Shown here: piece by piece, positions 12,624 through 22,845 of the stretch | How the letters are laid out: the number at the start of each line of letters is the position of its first letter | Position numbering within the stretch: position 1 is the stretch's first letter | NCBI GenBank assembly: GCA_030141605.1 | Contig: JAQGDQ010000111.1 | Span: 124,001 to 188,000, forward strand | Source: Tubiluchus corallicola | Lineage: Eukaryota > Animalia > Priapulida | Reading direction: 5' to 3' | DNA length: 64,000 nt | Program-made: the position numbers and the translations under genes | The notes under the pieces: generated by a model | Told to the model about the DNA's origin: nothing | The model's input: the letters and a program-made list of their open reading frames with translations, nothing else | Database searches by the model: none

Positions 12624-12850
12624 ACAATGCCTTTTCTTTGGTACTTCTACTCCGCTATTCCACGCGTGCTACTTGGTTCGTTGCTATTTGTTCCTATCGG
12701 TGCTTATTTAGACAGTCGAATGCGAACTCTATTATTTCCTTGTCTAGGATTTTTGCTTCTGTATTCCTTGTTACCCCACAAAGAACTCAGGTTCATCATC
12801 TACGTAGTGCCATTGCTGAATGTAGCCGCAGCAAAAGCATGTTGTGTCAT
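12624..12850 (+). CDS. ALG12: ALG12 exon 6
   Basis: Encodes [14 protein letters not shown]...[25 protein letters not shown] (GT22 family HKE.RF motif). Donor AT|gtaagt. Confidence 0.95.
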
Positions 12851-13195
12851 GTAAGTATTTGTTCTGGAAATGCTATTGCAGCACTTGTGGCATTTAATTT
12901 GGTGACACGCCATCAGCTGTAATTGTCAGGTCAAGTTGTATTCGGCAAAAATCATTTTTGTGCCATTCAAATGCAGTTGACGTAGATTTCATGGATAGCA
13001 AAAATTGGTTGCAAAAAATTGATAGCAAACCGCAATAGTCTGGCAATGAAAGTCGTAATTAATTGATGATATCGTTAGTTGCCAGCTAATTTAGGAAAGT
13101 ACTGAGTATAAGTATCTCCCTACTGTCGTGGATACAGGTGGCGCTGTTGGAATGTGAGCTACAAGGAGGAAATCTCAGCCCTACTTGGTCATGTT

Positions 13196-13265
13196 GACTC
13201 GTATCTCAGCTGATCGAAGATGGGATTACTAATCCCATCATCCCAGTTTAAATCTCAACTAGTCC
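13196..13265 (+). mobile_element. Degenerate tRNA-derived sequence (SINE head or tRNA pseudogene)
   Basis: A-box-like TATCTCAGCTGA, B-box-like GTTTAAATC, and a central 9-bp hairpin GATGGGATT-ACT-AATCCCATC. Confidence 0.4.
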
Positions 13266-13554
13266 ACAATTTCTCCTTTCTCTAACTCCAATTATCCGCA
13301 TTTGATAATAATTGGTAAAATAAACTCCAATGGTTTATAAAAAGCTGGCAATCACAGTCATAATTGACTAATGATTTCTTGGATTATTTTATGTAGTTTA
13401 AATAACTGCCAGTTGTGTTCGGCACATCCACAATGAAAATTAATTGTAAAAGAAATGGAAACTCAGATGGCTTGAGCTAGATTTGCCAACATGCAGTCAG
13501 TGTTATTAAATTATCGTCAACGACATTCTTGTCTAACTACAATTTTTTTTCCAG

Positions 13555-13724
13555 TTACGAAAATCGCGTCAAGTCGTGGCACCATCTAATGATGGGGTTA
13601 GGAGTTATGATACACATTATGCTCAATATTATGTTGACTAGTGATATTTTATACATATCCAGCATGAACTATCCCGGTGGGGAAGGCATAGCAGCCCTGC
13701 ACTTGTATGAACCATCATCTCAGT
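13555..13724 (+). CDS. ALG12: ALG12 exon 7
   Basis: ttttccag|T; encodes YENRVKSW...YISSMNYPGGEGIAALH (NYPGG motif). Donor T|gtaagt. Confidence 0.92.
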
Positions 13725-13888
13725 GTAAGTGTATAACTTTACACACTACTGTCCAAAAAAAATAAACATTTTCGTTTTAAATATTGGTACTAAAACATCT
13801 TACCGTTTTTATATTTTAGCTGGGTCATTTAAATTTAAGTGAATTTAGGTCAATAGGAATAGTTAAGTACCTATGATGCATGGTAAAC

Positions 13889-14060
13889 TGTGTGCCTAGT
13901 GACCGAAGTTAAGCAACACTGGCTTGGTTAATAAATAAATGGACGACTGCCAGAAAAGCTATTTTTGTGATGATTTCATTTGCCTTTCTGCTTTCTGTTA
14001 TTTTGCTCATTGAGAGAGGATGTATAGGCATCTGGCTGCGGCCAAGACACCCCTGTTGGG
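13889..14060 (+). mobile_element. Degenerate 5S-related SINE fragment (older family) in ALG12 intron 7
   Basis: ACCGAAGTTAAGCAACACTGGCTTGGTTAATAAATAAATGGACGACTGCC aligns to the middle of 5S (internal control region). Preceded by TGTGCCTAG and followed by GAGGATGTA near 14016. Confidence 0.55.
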
Positions 14061-14492
14061 TTAGTATTTTGCCTTAAACATTGTTGATATAGCATTTTGC
14101 CTTAAAAATTGTTTTCGTAGTAATAAGAAACTTCTGATTTTGCCACAACAATTTGCATTAAGTAGATCCTGCCATTAAGTACTGGATAATTTTCTGGAGT
14201 AGTGAAGATTATTATATAGCTAGTTATCAACGGTAACTTACGGAAGTGTTAGACATGTCTTAAACAGGCTTATTTGGGTGTACTGTCAACAACATAAATG
14301 GCAGGCAGATGAACACTATGGCTGACAAAACTATCCAGAGGCAATTTTCACGGTGGTTGTCAATTAACTTATTAGCTGGCTCAGACCTTCATTCATTAAT
14401 TACATACCGGGCCCACCCAGTTTGGTATAATTTGGATTTTGTCACTATGATGTTTATGTGATTGTTAGAACTGATAGTAAAATTTCTTTCAG

Positions 14493-14830
14493 ATGTAAAT
14501 GTGCATATCAATGAATACACGGCACAGACCGGAGTTACACGGTTCACACAGCTCCATAACCATTGGACTTATAATAAAACTGAGAATTTACACCCGAAAA
14601 GCTTAGAAATACAGCAGTTTACTCATCTGCTAGTAGGTGGCCTTAGTGAGCACGATGTGTTACAGTTGTATAAACACTCACATCACATACAGGTGCACAT
14701 AAAAGGTTTTAAGCGGCTGAAAATCGACTGGAGCCAGTTTCCGTTCGTGTTCATTGAGACAGAAACCAAAGTTTTTCTGCTGAAACGTGAAAAAGTGCTG
14801 TCTGTGCTGAGCAACTCGTATGTTGCATGA
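14493..14830 (+). CDS. ALG12: ALG12 exon 8 (terminal)
   Basis: ctttcag|AT; encodes VNVHINEYTAQTGVTRFTQLHNHWTYNKTE (VHID..AAQTGVSRF motif). TGA at 14828-14830, AATAAA at 14931-14936. The spliced CDS totals 1470 nt (489 aa). Confidence 0.93.
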
Positions 14831-15799
14831 AATGAACATGTGCTGACATCTACCTGCCAGTAGTGAAGTGTTTCTAAAGTTTGCTGGAACTCTGTCTGCT
14901 TGTAAGATGTAGAGTCTGTCTCATAAGACCAATAAATTTTTTTGCTTTTATTGTACAGCTAAATTCATTTAGCTACTGCCTTGAAGACTCACATCTGTCA
15001 CCTGTTAGATGTTTCTGCAACCAAACATGTTAACATTATTACTGCAAGAGAACTCTCCATGGAGAAGCACCAGTTTAGTCCAAAACTGTGTTTATAACAA
15101 AACTGTAGCTTTGGCTTGCACACTTATTTCGTGTAAAAACATTGCCATTAAAATCATGTTAATATGTTTTGTCGTACCATTACCATTTTGTGATAAGAAT
15201 TGTAAGTTAAATGTACTATGGCACTTACCAAAGTAAAACTATGTTCAGATATAAATCTGTTTTTGTGTATGTGTTAAAGCTCATCATGGCGTGTGCAATT
15301 GATGCACGTCAGTCTCAGAGCACAAATGTTGAACTGCTTCAAAGCAACGTAGTCCTTCTTCTATTTGCTCCCAGATATTATTATTATTCTTAGAAGTCAC
15401 TATTACACCATGAATTCATCAAGTTACTGATCTACCTTTTCCTGCTTAGCCATGCATTGTTACTTGAAAGAAAGCAAAAAATGACACAGTTATAAGTTCA
15501 TTTGCGTGCATTGTTGTATAAATTATGAGCTATTGCTGTTTTTTGTTTGGAATGTTCGGGAGCATTAAGAAAAAATGACGCAGTGTTACAGGAATGCTTA
15601 TTGAAGGTACTTTAGCATGCAGCTCACTCGTTCGCTCTAAGTTTAAGTTGAAGTTTTTCTATTATAAAAGTCTCTGCCTTGCTAGCTTTTTGTTTAGATG
15701 TGATATCATCATCTTTCGTAACTCACAGTGCTTCATACTTTTTTGCCTATCTTATCCAACCACACCTTTTGTAACTGCTATTTTGATCTGAACCATGGG

Positions 15800-15822
15800 A
15801 TATATATATATATATATATATA
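15800..15822. repeat. (TA)n microsatellite
   Basis: Read directly from the sequence. Confidence 0.9.
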
Positions 15823-15936
15823 GAGGATGTTTTCTACTTCCTTTCTGTGTTAATTGAAACAACTTACATTCTTTTAATATTTTGACTGTCCTGTTTTACC
15901 TGGTTCCATTGTTATCAATGACTTCATTCAGCCCTC

Positions 15937-16048
15937 CCATATCACATTGAAAACACCGGTTCTCGTCTGATCACCGAAGTTAAGCAACATAGAGCCTGGT
16001 TAGTACTTAGATGGGTGATCGCCTAGGAATACCAGGTGCTGTAAGCTT
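15937..16048 (+). pseudogene. 5S rRNA-derived sequence (5S nt ~9-120), forming the SINE head
   Basis: CCATATCACATTGAAAACACCGGTTCTCGTCTGATCACCGAAGTTAAGCAACATAGAGCCTGGTTAGTACTTAGATGGGTGATCGCCTAGGAATACCAGGTGCTGTAAGCTT is a close match to invertebrate 5S. The first ~8 nt are missing and no oligo-T terminator follows. Confidence 0.88.
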
Positions 16049-16347
16049 GCGGGATGCCCACACTTTATCTCGACACTAGGCGGAGGAGCTGCACAAGCAG
16101 CCAACAGCTAGAGGGTGGAGGAGGTCAAGTGATCCAACGGCCATGTGTAGAGGAGTAGACCTTCCAAATAAGGAGTGGAGCACCAAAGGCGAACCAGTGC
16201 AGGCCACTCCATTGGTTCAAGGATCGGATTGCTCAGCCACAATCGACGCTGCAGCTCCATCAATACGATCAATAACTAACTCTCTTGGCGGCACACACTC
16301 CATTGTCTTCCGAGACAGAAGGATGCCAACAACAACAACAACAACAA
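15937..16347 (+). mobile_element. 5S rRNA-derived SINE (SINE3) with RTE-LINE-derived 3' end and (CAA)n tail
   Basis: 5S head at 15937-16048; SRIGLLSHNRRCSSINTINN* at 16217-16279 (RTE ORF C-terminus); 3' end CACTCCATTGTCTTCCGAGACAGAAGGATGC followed by (CAA)7; 14-bp TSD CATTCAGCCCTCCC (15925-15938) / CATTCAACCCTCCC (16348-16361). Confidence 0.88.
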
Positions 16348-17083
16348 CATTCAACCCTCCCTTCCTTTTTACAGGAATTTATTCCATGTATTGATTATGT
16401 ATCTAATTTTTGCAACATTTATGCTCTGGTTTTCTGCACATTTCACACCGAGAAGGAAAGATGGCTGGTTGATGTGTCTGCCAATTTTTCAAATTTTTAT
16501 TGGCAAAAATTTCCTTTCATTTTCTGCTTCACATGTGCCGAGAAAATTTTAATAATCTGTTTAAACGATAACGATTAAACATATCAACTAAATCGCAAAG
16601 ACGGTAAGACACATTGATTTTTCCTAGTTATCTCCCAATATGTGTGCAACAAATTCTGTAATTAGGTTACTTGCCAGATAAATTCTTTGACAATGACGTA
16701 CCAACAAATGAGTTAAGCTGATCAAGAATTTCTATACACATGGTATGCTAACAATAGGTCAAAAGCTCATCTTCTAGAAAATGATTTTAGCCTCCAATTA
16801 CATTTTTAAGAATCAGTGTTTTAGTTTTAACTCACCAATGACTTAATTGATAATAGTGACATGGGTGCTGAAATGAGGTTTTGTTGGATTAGTGATGGTT
16901 TTGTAGGCCGTAATATTACTGTTGTAACTACAATAGTTCATGTTAAGATCTGTTATGCACCTCATGCATAGTATCCACCTGCAACACATGCGCAACATCC
17001 ACCTCGATTGGCAAGGTAGTGAATGTATTATTAACCCCAGTCCAAGAAAGCGGTAATATTGAGAAACTGTCGTACTGCACTAG

Positions 17084-18670
17084 TCACATTTATAAGGTTG
17101 AGCTAGGTAAAAAAATCCGACAAGCAAAAAACCACATAGTGAAGAAACTCTGTGTTACGGCATTAGTTACTCTTATAAGGCTGACCAAGTCACACTTATA
17201 GTTACTCTTATAAGGCTGACCAAGTCAGTCTTTGTTTAAGAAAACCACATATCAAAAATATCCTATGTTGCACAAAATTATTTTCAATAATGCCAAATTA
17301 GTTGTATTAGGAAGCCCAAATCCACGAAGAAATTTGTGTGCGTAATCAATCACAGTTTATGGCCGAAAGAGTTATAATATGTATGATAGCTAGAATAATA
17401 AACACGCAAGCATTTCATTAGTCATGTTTATAAGGCTCAGTAATTCGTCTCCTTATCTAAGAAGCTGGAAGCTTACACGGGTGAAAAAACTTATTTTTTA
17501 TATATGGCTAGATAATTTGCAAACCGATTATTATTACTGCCGATATCCAATTAATGATCAAGATAATTATTGTTGAAACAGAACATAAATAAATTACAGG
17601 TGATTGCGGCAGGACCGGGCGCTAACTAATTATCAAGAATAATTCTCCAAGATGAGATTCTGAACTATCCAATGTTTTAGTCCTGTTTAGATGTGTATAC
17701 AATATTCTTCAACTGGTCGCTTGCCAGGAGCAATGTACTTGGCGTGTAAAACCCACCGGGAAGGCTGTCGTTCGTCCATTTGTTGACCTGTGATCTGTCT
17801 CGTTATACGCAAACAGTAAACACTCACCTGTTGCGTACATTGTATTTAATAAGACTAAGTGTGTTGTTCTGTACCTATTATTATTATTATATTATTAATA
17901 ATGTTCAGGTAACACTGATAAACTTTGTAGTGCGTTAATCTCGCATTTATAAAGTTCAACGAATTTTACTAGCAGATTCATTTGCTAAGTTTTAGTGTCT
18001 AAGAAAATCATAGCAATAAGAAAAATTGCATTTAACAAGCCGCAATACTGAGAAAACTAGTAATCACATAAGAAACCAATATAGTGAGAATATCTTGTAT
18101 TGCGTCACTCACATTTCTATGGCTGGGTGTGTGTTGCGTCTTGGAAGAGAGAGCGATAAGAAATCGCGTATCACCAAAATCACATTTATAAGGTTGCCAC
18201 TGCTTTAGTTACTCCTGTTATCGTGCGGTTGTGCAGTCAGTGGCACTACTTCCTTGATGATGGACCGTGCTGTAACTACTTGATCTGCTTGTTCTGCGTA
18301 GCGCGTGTGGTTAGGATTTTTGTTCTTTCACATATGCGTCATGTAGAAAGTCCGATGTATAACATGGGACACATTTATAAGGTTTGCGTCTTGTGTGAGT
18401 CGATGAGTTCTTTCTTAAATTAAAAATTACAGTTTCTTATTTGAGTAGATGCAAATTAATGGCCCTTCTACGCAGAACACACTTGTAAGGTTTATAATAT
18501 CGTGCAGTCCGAATTTGCAAAGCTTTATTTTAGATGAGTAGATGAGTAGATGTGCAAGTTGAATTGAATGATGTCAGATGCCCAGGGTGAATACTCTTTT
18601 CGACGCAGGTCGGTCCGTCTCGGTCGCATTATTTTTTCCTTGTTACGTATTTGTCACATTTGTAAGGCTT
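17084..18670 (+). promoter_or_regulatory. Homotypic cluster of TCACATTTATAAGG-like motifs (candidate enhancer)
   Basis: Nine same-orientation copies. The 17-mer TCACATTTATAAGGTTG is exact at 17084 and 18180. Confidence 0.45.
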
Positions 18671-20408
18671 GATAACTTGTTTGTGTATGGAAATTATTCT
18701 TGGTATAAAAACCTTTGTTTGCAATGTAAATTCTTGGTTGGTAGTTGCTTCGTTGTTGATTTACATTTATTCTATAATAAATTTTATATATTAAAATTTC
18801 GTTGCAAAAAATCACAATTGAAAAGCTTTAATTCTGCATTTATCATTGGCAAGCTCAAGACTTTTTGCCAATAGTTTGTTACTTCTGCCACCAGATGACG
18901 GTACATGGTTACGTTTACCCAGTAGATACCATAGGTACTCTAACGTTGTTTGGAGTGCCTATACATGTTAATGCGCTACTTTCTTAAAACGTCAACTGTA
19001 GTGTATAAATGTAACTGTTATTTCATTGTTTCTCATGACGGTCAAACCATAAAATATTTCATTTATTTAATAAATATTGTATCGTAGAGCATCAGTGGTT
19101 GTTTGCTTTCGTCATAAATAATTTGGGACATTATTAAGTAATTAATTACTGAAATACGAATAATAAAATTATTGCGGTTTATCAGTTGTGTAACGAGGTT
19201 TTTCAGCATCTCAGATGATACAGATATGCACAATATGTGCATGTTTCCTCAGAAAACCACAGTTGATTGTTCTGTTCTTTTTTTATTTTGCTCTAGTAAA
19301 CAGTGCTTATCATCCAAAAGTAAAGCAACAGTGGGTCTTGTTAGCAAATGAAGAGTTGATTTTTAGCTGCTTTTGAGCGGTTTCGTTCCGAAGTTTAGTG
19401 TCTCATCTTATTTTTGTTTAGCAAAGTTCCGGTCCTGTCACGATTATAAGCCTAATAAGCAGGACTTATAGCAGGATGTTCAGCCCTAGAAACCAGCTTG
19501 ACGAGTGGCAAACTGCATAAAAACAGGATTGCAAATTTTCTTTCTCGAGCGTGCATTTATTTATATTATTAATTGTCGGGGTCTGTTTTAATGTCTGTTA
19601 TTGTGTTTGTATGAGTACTATGTTTTTAAGAACAAATTTTTTAAAAAATAGTCTGGTTATAATTGTACCTCGACTGTTAGGTATCAAAACAAAGGTATTA
19701 CTTTTATATATAAAGTCTGAAGACGATCTAATGCTATTTGGTGTACTTTGGAGTTTGTGCACAACCTGTAAAACAGTAAATAAAAAATAAAATAATGACG
19801 AACATTAAAAAACACAAGCGAAAACAAAGTTACAGTATCTTTAAAAGTAAGCAAATAAATTACACACAGATATAGTAATTATACAAATCATATAATGTCG
19901 CATCGTCTGTGTAGCCTATTACCGTAAGTAGAACATGGCGTGGTGATTCAGCTCACTATTTGATTTAAATTGTATTCTTTTGTTTAGTTATATACAAAAG
20001 ACTGGATGATATTTAATTAAAACAATAATTACTGAGAATAAAAGCTAAAATTTTAATGCTTTCGTGAATGAGTACTTCAGTTGCCTCAAAAATGCTACTT
20101 TGCGTGTGTAAAAGTTAATAAAACATTGGTGTTTTGCACGTTAAATTTCATCAAGGTTTAAATTATGAACGTTTTCATCATTTTCATTTCCCTTCTGTTG
20201 CAGCTGCTAACTTCACTTTACCTTATACGCTTAAATTTGGCGGTCCCTTTGAGCCAGGTGGGCATGACGTAATGATAAGGGTCAATCACTCATTTCAACG
20301 GCAGCAAACGTGGTGCGTGTGCATGTAGTGCCAAGAGGACAAAATTCTAATTTGCTTAATCTCACAAAATCTCGCAAAATTTATGATTAGTTTGGGGCAG
20401 TTTTGTAA

Positions 20409-20587
20409 ATGAACACGAGAAGGGCCAGTTTTATGACGCACCCTGGGAAAAAGCTAGTGGTTTTCTACAGCGGAGTGATTTTGTTTGTGTTGTACTACTT
20501 TTGTGTCGCCGCGCTGCAAGCCGAGGAAATCAACATCAATAACAACAAGCCGGTAGATTTTTCACAAGTTTGCGTTATGGATTTATG
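20409..20587 (+). CDS. Candidate first exon of an unidentified gene: signal-peptide-like ORF (coding exon or uORF)
   Basis: MNTRRASFMTHPGKKLVVFYSGVILFVLYYFCVAALQA-EE has basic n-, hydrophobic h- and small-residue c-regions. Donors at CCG|gtagat (20552) and TG|gtgagt (20587). CRE-like TGACGTAA upstream at 20265. Confidence 0.4.
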
Positions 20588-22709
20588 GTGAGTTGAAATG
20601 TATTTTATTAAAATATTACTTTGTAAGCGTAGATATAATGTTATTGATTCCGTTTGCATTTATTCAATGCGTGTTTTATTCTGATGTACAGCATGAATTT
20701 GTTGTTTACCCGGTGCTGAGCGTCAGTGAGCGTAATAAATCCACAATGCGTGTTATACAGTAGCTCCCAGGCGGCATTTCTTTAGCTAACTAAAAAGCGG
20801 TGTGCGTAAGTATAGTTGCAGTTAATTGGTAGTAACATTATTAGTTTAGCTTGGCAGAGAAAAGTATTCTTGACTTGTTATGGCACTTACAGGACGAACT
20901 TGTCAGGCAGTGTTGCACGCGTGGGTATTGCAAATTCTTCAGCTTCTGTAGGCTCACTAGGCTGTGATTGACAGTGAGAGTTGAAAATCTGAATTGGACA
21001 CGCAAATTTAGTTGAGCATTGGTTGTTGAGCTTATATGATTAACAGTTTCCCTAGTTTGAGCATAACCTGATCTTGCTGGAAATTTTTATTCTTAACTGT
21101 TGTCATTTCGTCAAAGTATGAAACTATAATTATAGATATGTTTTTTACTTGACATAAATCTAGTTTAAGTCATTCACAAGTAGTTAAATGCAATTGATTA
21201 AATGCATTTTTCCGCTATCCTAAAAGCTATTAACATCTATTACATTTTCTTTAATTAGCTAAATTTAATTTAATTTAATGAGCTCATTTACTAGTAAAGC
21301 CCATACTTAACCAAAATAACTTTTTGTTTCCCTTGTATGTGTTAGACCGTATGTACAAGTCAGTCGAGATAGAGGACTTCAATCCTCTTTCCTTCAATCT
21401 AATTGCAACTATGTCTTAGATAAACAGTTTTCTGGCATGCTCATTATGGTCACCATCTAAATTGTTGATGTTTCACAGGGCTTACTAGAGGGTACCAACC
21501 CGGGGCACTTGACGTTTAGAGTACCAATGTTGTAATATCTCATTTTACAAGCAGTGAAGTTATAGTGATAACTACAAATTGATTTGTAAAATTCATCAGA
21601 TGGGGATAACAATACACAAATTGACTTGTATTATACTTTCATACCTTCTGTATGAAACATTTCTGTGAGTAGGGTTTTTGAAGAGAAGAAGAAGAGTGAC
21701 CAAAATTGTCTCTGCCCTTTGTTGTTTCGTTTGCACATTGCTATTGGCATGGGCTTTAATAGACGGACATTAGGCCCAAGTCCTTAATAGGTGGGCGATG
21801 CCCTGACGGGGTTAATTGGAGCAACCACGCTTTATTATCACGTATGTAATCTAACCTTTTCCATTTGTCATAAGTCTTTTTGGTCCTTGTCTAATCTACT
21901 ACAAACTTTTTTTGCAGTTAATGCAGTCTTATTTCGCACTAATTAAAAAGGCATTTTGGTCTACGCTTGGGTGGGGCCTTAGCCAAAAACCTTGTTGGCT
22001 ATTGGCTGGTCATTCGTCGTTTTTAGCGTGTTTGGGCTTTGTTTGTGTAGTCTCATTTTTGATAGTTTGTTGTTGTTTGGCCAAAATTTGACGTTTTCTT
22101 AATTGTCAGGCATGGTCAGTAGTGGTCAGTGTGATGATTAAAGTAGCCCTTTTCTAAGTTATCTAATGTCCCCAGTAAATTTTTTTGTCCGTTGATAGAT
22201 ACTTGTTTGATTTGTTCATGTGACCTTTTCGATATGCATTAAAAAGTCGCGAACCTATCCTGTTATCTATTATCCAACGTTTTCTTGCATGGTTTTAACA
22301 AAGGAGGTAGTAGTTCTTAAGGGTATGTTTTTTTTATTTATAGGGATTAGCCTTAAAGGTACTTGCTAATTACTTAAACCACGTTGACTGATAATTTCAT
22401 AAAAGTGTCCTTGCATTTATTTTTTTCGATGTTTTTGGTTTTGTTAACCGTTTTTTACCTGCTGGCTACCTCTAACAACCAGACTCTGGGCTGGTAACTC
22501 GACGCTGTTCGATAAAAAGGATGTTTGTAATGGGCAGTGTATGTACAAAGATATTTTTATCTGCTTAATTATATGTGTTCATTTTTGGTCGTAAGAGTTA
22601 CTGTGAATTCTTTCCAACGAGTAGAATGAGTTTTGGAATAAACAGGTCTAATGATGTACAGGTCAGGCGATTAATGTGGAAAGTCATTCAAGGACAAGGG
22701 TGCCACGAC

Positions 22710-22845
22710 ATGTGCTTAGCGTCCTTAAGTTAAGCATATCTGAGCCTGGTCGATAAGTGGATGAAATATCATTAGCAAACTCCTTCAGGGTGGTTTCATC
22801 TGCTGTGTAGTGTCTCAGTCTATTTCTCCCATAGAGGATGTACAC
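22710..22845 (+). mobile_element. Degenerate 5S-related SINE fragment (older family)
   Basis: TGTGCTTAGCGTCCTTAAGTTAAGCATATCTGAGCCTGGTCGATAAGTGGATG, then GAGGATGTA near 22834. Confidence 0.45.

Noticed and set aside
13196-13265. Functional tRNA gene
   Set aside because: The A and B boxes are degenerate and there is no proper cloverleaf or anticodon loop.
15937-16048. Functional 5S rRNA gene
   Set aside because: It lacks the first ~8 nt and an oligo-T terminator, is not in a tandem array, and sits inside a TSD-flanked retroposon.
16143-16578. ORFs with poly-T(hr) or poly-Q runs
   Set aside because: Produced by the SINE body and its (CAA)n tail.
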